The position numbers and the translations under genes are program-made. The notes beneath the pieces were generated by a model. That model was given only the letters and a program-made list of their open reading frames with translations. It had not been told where the DNA came from and did not search any database. A stretch of DNA of 50,053 nt from a virus (lineage: Duplodnaviria > Caudoviricetes), in the IMG/VR virus record IMGVR_UViG_3300030329_003563, positions 1 through 50,053 of that record. The stretch is one strand, 5' to 3'. Below are positions 46,244 through 50,053 of the stretch, piece after piece; the stretch's first letter is position 1, and every line of letters starts with the position of its first letter.

Positions 46244-46364
46244 CCTTGTTCTCCTCCAAGTCTAAATAAATTTTATCGAGTCAGGGCCGCACGCGATGGC
46301 AATGCTCTCTGGCGACCCGTTCTCTTTTCGACGAGATAACACCTAAGTGCTACCTATAATTAGC

Positions 46365-46460
46365 GGGAGATTGAACCAGAGTGCGAAAGGATGGGCTTTT
46401 AGGCAAATAAAGGGAGCCCAATAAACACTCCCTACGTCCTCGCGGATAGTAGAATCTCCC
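46365..46460 (-). ncRNA. Putative c4-like antisense RNA (three-stem junction)
   Basis: P1 GGGAGATT/AATCTCCC; P2 capped by GCGA tetraloop; P3 GAGTG/CACTC plus TGGGCT/AGCCCA with CU-rich loop. Confidence 0.6.
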
Positions 46461-46466
46461 ATTTTA

Positions 46467-46622
46467 CTACTTGTGTATATGACGGTACACAGTAGCTCTC
46501 GATACCCCGACAATCTTAGATATCTTCTGTCCTTTGACGCCAAGCCCATAAAGAGTGTTAATTAAAAACTCTTTAGCCCAGCCGACACGTTTTCTTCTAT
46601 CTTTAGAAAGGAATGTCTTCAT
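46467..46622 (-). CDS. Small HTH DNA-binding protein (51 aa)
   Basis: Manual translation ...GVKGQKISKIVGVSRATVYRHIHK; GGAGGT RBS; overlaps SSB 3' end. Confidence 0.8.
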   Translation of the reverse strand: MKTFLSKDRRKRVGWAKEFLINTLYGLGVKGQKISKIVGVSRATVYRHIHK

Positions 46623-47238
46623 TTTTTACCTCTCCATCTTCCCATGTTTTAATAAACTTCACTACAAATGGAGTCCTTTCTTTTCCATCTTTGCCAGTAT
46701 AAGGCTTGCCTTTATCGACAACTGCTATCGCAGGCTTTCCGTTTATTTCTGAGGCACTAAGCGATGGTAGGACTTGAACTTCTACGTCCTGTCCCTCCAT
46801 CTGCATAACTTTCTTTTCTATTTTTATGCCTAGAGTCTCACAGAATCTAAGGTACGATTTGTTTCCAGAAGCATTGGACTTAAAGTCATCTCCATCACTA
46901 GGCTCTAGAAATCTAAAGACTCCGTTAGCTTTGTAAGAGCGTCCAACATATTCTTCACCAGAAGCGTGTTGCTCTGATGCGTCTTTATAGCTAGCATATG
47001 TGTAGCTTTGCGACTTATTTGCCTCATCAACAACGAATGAGTAGTTATAAACTATTGCTTTAAACTTCTCTCCGTCCTTAGTCCATGAAACTTCTTTCAT
47101 TTGAGCGTCTGCTAAGTGTCCATAAAACTCGCCTCGTACATTTGGAGCAACTGAGGTTTTGCTTGGATTATTAGTAGGCACAAAGAAGCTTTCTTTATTC
47201 GTTAATAAATCATCGAATATATCATCTGTATTAGCCAT
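46603..47238 (-). CDS. Putative single-stranded DNA-binding protein
   Basis: Acidic tail ending EDIPF; follows annealase gene. Confidence 0.7.
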   Translation of the reverse strand: MANTDDIFDDLLTNKESFFVPTNNPSKTSVAPNVRGEFYGHLADAQMKEVSWTKDGEKFKAIVYNYSFVVDEANKSQSYTYASYKDASEQHASGEEYVGRSYKANGVFRFLEPSDGDDFKSNASGNKSYLRFCETLGIKIEKKVMQMEGQDVEVQVLPSLSASEINGKPAIAVVDKGKPYTGKDGKERTPFVVKFIKTWEDGEVKNEDIPF

Positions 47239-47818
47239 TTTCTTTCTCCTCTGTTATTATTTTATTACATTGTTCTTTACATGCTTCAAAGTTACTTTTG
47301 TCAACTTTGCCTTGAGCTACGGCTTGATAAACGCCCTCTCTCAATTTTTCATCTTTTATCTTATCAGCCAAAGCATTTAATTCTTCAGCTTCTTTTGTAT
47401 TAATAGGGTCTGCCTCTGGCAAATCCTCACCAGCAAAGATATACAAACCTAAACCATGCAACGCTATAGCTTTAGCTAAACATCTCTGGATTGATGTGTT
47501 TATCTGAAATGATGTAGGATTTTCTATTGTCTGGTTTCTATGGTCAAGTACTGGATGAATCTGTGTTCTTACAACACCCTCAACGTCTACAGATACCTGT
47601 ACGTATGCACCAGTTTCATTTTTCATGTAAGGTTGCTTTGTTCCATCTGCATTGTCAAACAAATGCACCTCCCATGTAGCCTCTGGACAGACCTTTAAAA
47701 GCTCACGCACAGCATGAGCCCAACTTAAATAATTAAACTGCCCCTTTTTCTCAGCGAACTTGGATACGTCCACTCTGTTAAGCTGTTCAAATGTATTTTC
47801 TCTTTTCTTTACAGCCAT
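47231..47818 (-). CDS. Single-strand annealing protein, Sak3/DUF1071-like
   Basis: YLSWAHA, PVLDHRN, INTSIQRCLAKAIALHGLGLYIFAGEDLP. Confidence 0.9.
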   Translation of the reverse strand: MAVKKRENTFEQLNRVDVSKFAEKKGQFNYLSWAHAVRELLKVCPEATWEVHLFDNADGTKQPYMKNETGAYVQVSVDVEGVVRTQIHPVLDHRNQTIENPTSFQINTSIQRCLAKAIALHGLGLYIFAGEDLPEADPINTKEAEELNALADKIKDEKLREGVYQAVAQGKVDKSNFEACKEQCNKIITEEKENG

Positions 47819-47970
47819 TACTTCTCTCCTTTCTTTTTTTTCTTATACTTTTTTCTTATTTTCTTTAGTTTTTCTGTTTTGGTTATATATGAATACATAA
47901 ACTTCATTTCCTCATCAGTAGGAATTTCATCTGCATTGATAAACTCTATAAATTCAGATACTCTTCCCAT
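47818..47970 (-). CDS. Small hypothetical protein (50 aa)
   Basis: Manual translation MGRVSEFIEFINADE...; TAATG coupling on both sides. Confidence 0.65.
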   Translation of the reverse strand: MGRVSEFIEFINADEIPTDEEMKFMYSYITKTEKLKKIRKKYKKKKKGEK

Positions 47971-48785
47971 TATTTCTTCTTAAAAAATGGCGGATTACAA
48001 TGGTCAAGATATCTACAATAACTACAATTCCAATCTTCTACTGGAGATATTCCTTGACTAAACATTGGTAGCCCTTTTTTATGGTCTTCGTTTACATTTG
48101 TCCAAAAATTTTGTGCACGTTTAAGCATGTGAAGCCCAACCTCTACACACTTCATGCGAGAATCGTCTTTCTTGTAGTAGTACAAGTACATGCCATCAAT
48201 ACGCCCAAATTCTTTCTCTACAGCTAACCCATAAGTCCCTAACTGAATCTCTTGATTAAGACCAGCGTTAGGGTCTGGATTTTTATATCCAAACTTCCTA
48301 GACCACGCGTAACTAGCCATCGTCTTGAAGTCGATAAGATACACTTTTCCAGTAGTCCTAGAAACAGCCACTAAGTCATAAAAACCTCTAACATTTAATT
48401 CTGGTAAAATAATTTCTTTTTCGATGTGAAAGTCAAAACTTTCTTTTTGTAAATTATGTATTTCTTTTTCTTTACAATATATAGCTTCACTATCTATAGT
48501 ATTACTATATGTAGTATTACTATATATAGTATCGGACAAAGCGTTTTGTAAATCATCATGTACAATCGTACCTAAACGTAGTAATCGATTCACTCTTTCA
48601 TCAGTAGGATTTGTTTGGTCTATTTGAGCTACAGACTCGAAATATAGCTTACGTGAGCAAGAACCTGCCCCAGAGCCATGATAATACTTTTCCCTACCCT
48701 TGTATCGCTCATTATAGTTTTCTTCGTTTTTACGGGCAATATAGCCCTCATACAGCTCTTCTATGTTTACTGGACATTTTTTCAC
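47970..48785 (-). CDS. Cas4-like PD-(D/E)XK exonuclease with Fe-S cysteines
   Basis: CSRKLYF, GTIVH, GFYD, IDFKT, QLGTY, CSYCRYLDHC. Confidence 0.85.
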   Translation of the reverse strand: MKKCPVNIEELYEGYIARKNEENYNERYKGREKYYHGSGAGSCSRKLYFESVAQIDQTNPTDERVNRLLRLGTIVHDDLQNALSDTIYSNTTYSNTIDSEAIYCKEKEIHNLQKESFDFHIEKEIILPELNVRGFYDLVAVSRTTGKVYLIDFKTMASYAWSRKFGYKNPDPNAGLNQEIQLGTYGLAVEKEFGRIDGMYLYYYKKDDSRMKCVEVGLHMLKRAQNFWTNVNEDHKKGLPMFSQGISPVEDWNCSYCRYLDHCNPPFFKKK

Positions 48786-48935
48786 TTATGATTTCTTTCC
48801 TATATATTTCTTAATTAAATGTGAGACAACCTCATTCATTGATTGTCCATTAGTGTAGCAAGCTCCTTTGAACTTAGCCCATAAATCTGTATCCATATTC
48901 GTCAAGATGACGTGCTTTTTCTCATTCATTCTCAT
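48786..48935 (-). CDS. Ribbon-helix-helix (Arc/ParG-like) regulator (49 aa)
   Basis: Manual translation MRMNEKKHVILTNMDTDLWAKFKGACYTNGQSMNEVVSHLIKKYIGKKS. Confidence 0.75.
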   Translation of the reverse strand: MRMNEKKHVILTNMDTDLWAKFKGACYTNGQSMNEVVSHLIKKYIGKKS

Positions 48936-48961
48936 ACCTTTATTTGTTGTTAATTAATGTA

Positions 48962-49038
48962 AGAATAGGGGGATTCTATGCTACTTCAGAAACTTCGCCG
49001 TAGCGACTCATCGCCTCTGGTAATAGTCCCCCTACTCT
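48962..49038 (-). ncRNA. Long imperfect hairpin with cUACGg tetraloop in the leader of the replication operon
   Basis: AGAGTAGGGGGA/TCCCCCTATTCT, CAGAGGC/GTTTCTG, TCGC-TACG-GCGA; G-U pairs fit the minus strand. Confidence 0.55.
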
Positions 49039-49172
49039 ATCCTTGTTTCAAAGTGGGAGCTTGACCCTCGTTAGTTTCCCATGTTGCGTAATTCCAAGTT
49101 TCCTTGTATTTTCCCCTAGAGCCGATTATCTCGCCTGTCAATATCTCCCAATTCTTATATCAAAAAGCTATA

Positions 49173-49203
49173 TATATTAATAAGTAGGTATATTAATATA
49201 CAA
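49173..49203 (-). promoter_or_regulatory. Promoter overlapping a 10-8-10 inverted repeat
   Basis: TTGTAT-18-TAATAT; TATATTAATA-agtaggta-TATTAATATA. Confidence 0.45.
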
Positions 49204-49207
49204 GTGT

Positions 49208-49387
49208 TTATTTTATTAATTTAATTCCTCCTCTATTATTTTTTTTCTCATATCTATTGATGACTTCAAACATAACTTCTATATGAGGAAGATTCTCCCA
49301 ATCCCAGTTCTTATGCTCGTAAGTTTCGCGTTCTTTATGTTGTACGATTTCCAAGAAATCCATTACAAAATCACTCATCTTGCCCAT
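49208..49387 (-). CDS. Hypothetical protein (59 aa)
   Basis: Manual translation MGKMSDFVMDFLE...; AAGGAG RBS. Confidence 0.65.
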   Translation of the reverse strand: MGKMSDFVMDFLEIVQHKERETYEHKNWDWENLPHIEVMFEVINRYEKKNNRGGIKLIK

Positions 49388-49390
49388 GCC

Positions 49391-49468
49391 TTACTCCTTG
49401 TTTATTGTGTTATAAATTACTTCTATAAAGATACATATTAATATTGCTATCGCAAGAGATTCTATCAC
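49391..49468 (-). CDS. Small membrane peptide (25 aa)
   Basis: Manual translation MIESLAIAILICIFIEVIYNTINKE; GGAGG RBS, GTGA overlap. Confidence 0.5.
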   Translation of the reverse strand: MIESLAIAILICIFIEVIYNTINKE

Positions 49469-49659
49469 TCAGAACCTCCCATCAGCTTATTCTTTCTGTC
49501 TATCAGTCTATTTAGCCTATCAAGTGTTACTTCATAGTCTTTAACGGCTATTACCCCAGTACGATTTGGATATCTGATATTTACTTTCTTGCCGATATGG
49601 TTCTGTGTTTGCTTTATTATGTTTTGATATACTTCGATTACATCCTTATGCTTCATCAT
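49465..49659 (-). CDS. Hypothetical protein
   Basis: ORF track; AAGGAG RBS. Confidence 0.65.
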   Translation of the reverse strand: MMKHKDVIEVYQNIIKQTQNHIGKKVNIRYPNRTGVIAVKDYEVTLDRLNRLIDRKNKLMGGSE

Positions 49660-49940
49660 TATTGATTACTCCTTTTTGGTGTGAAAAATGTAACTGGTTT
49701 GCATACACATACAATATAGCCACATTTCTTGCATTGTTGTTCATTTATTTCTATTTCAATCTTTGGGATATCTTTGACTTCGTACATCTGTAAGAAAGTA
49801 TCCATTATATCTTCATCGCTTTCATATTTATAGCCGTCGTACCCACTATATAAAATTTCTACTAAATCGTTGCCGTCCATATTCTCAGCCTCTCTCGTTG
49901 CAACCATTACTCTCATCGTATCATAGTCTGGCTTTCTCAT
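49659..49940 (-). CDS. Hypothetical protein with CKKC..CxC tail
   Basis: ORF track; GGAGG RBS. Confidence 0.65.
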   Translation of the reverse strand: MRKPDYDTMRVMVATREAENMDGNDLVEILYSGYDGYKYESDEDIMDTFLQMYEVKDIPKIEIEINEQQCKKCGYIVCVCKPVTFFTPKRSNQ

Positions 49941-49985
49941 TCTTCCTCCTCCCCTTGAAATAAGTTTATTTTGATAATTATATTA

Positions 49986-50053
49986 TCATCTTCTTCGGCG
50001 TTCCAATTCCAATTAAACTCCCTACCTCTTTGCAAGTCATATATATCTTCTTC
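49986..50053. repeat. Terminal direct repeat, right copy
   Basis: Matches 1-68 with one mismatch. Confidence 0.95.

Noticed and set aside
46343-46549. 68-aa minus-strand ORF from the track
   Set aside because: It overlaps the better-supported HTH ORF in another frame and the structured RNA; no RBS.
47970-48785. CRISPR-Cas system suggested by the Cas4-like gene
   Set aside because: No cas1/cas2 and no repeat-spacer array seen; Cas4-like exonucleases next to annealase and SSB are normal phage recombination genes.
48990-49015. Hammerhead ribozyme suggested by GATGAG...GAA on the minus strand
   Set aside because: Lacks the CUGANGA and GAAA core and a suitable three-stem arrangement.
49037-49141. 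Possible 34-aa TTG-start ORF in the leader
   Set aside because: RBS spacing is too short and there are no motifs; hairpins explain the region better.
1-50053. Stop-codon reassignment or tRNA genes
   Set aside because: Genes are long and tightly packed under the standard code, using TAA, TAG and TGA stops; no tRNA cloverleaf recognised by eye (tRNAscan-SE not run).

Overview
This window looks like a complete, circularly assembled ~50 kb AT-rich tailed-phage genome, probably podovirus-like; a marine or aquatic origin is inferred from protein style only. The ends share a 68-bp overlap with one synonymous mismatch, and a 49-aa ORF reads through the junction. The + strand arm (4569-43079) is the late region: putative TerS, M15 endolysin, TerL, portal, scaffold, major capsid protein, LamG proteins, adaptors, a metallophosphoesterase, tail, tail fibre and internal virion proteins. 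The - strand arm runs from ~3.4 kb leftward through the junction to 43071 and is the early/replication region: many small ORFs, RHH and HTH regulators, Cas4-like nuclease, Sak3-like annealase, SSB, DnaB and RuvC-like resolvase. I saw no DNA polymerase, primase, stand-alone integrase, tRNA or CRISPR array. Main leads: (1) a tyrosine-recombinase catalytic domain (R978, K1003, RxxR1102, H1130, Y1140) plus a degenerate zincin domain embedded in the 2469-aa putative ejected virion protein; (2) a c4-like three-way-junction RNA whose loop is complementary to translation start regions of several of the phage's own genes; (3) a ~230-nt structured RNA driven by back-to-back promoters sharing one -35 box; (4) an origin-like repeat insert inside the Cas4-like gene; (5) a dockerin/EF-hand motif in the tail protein. 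All calls come from reading motifs by eye; no database searches were run.
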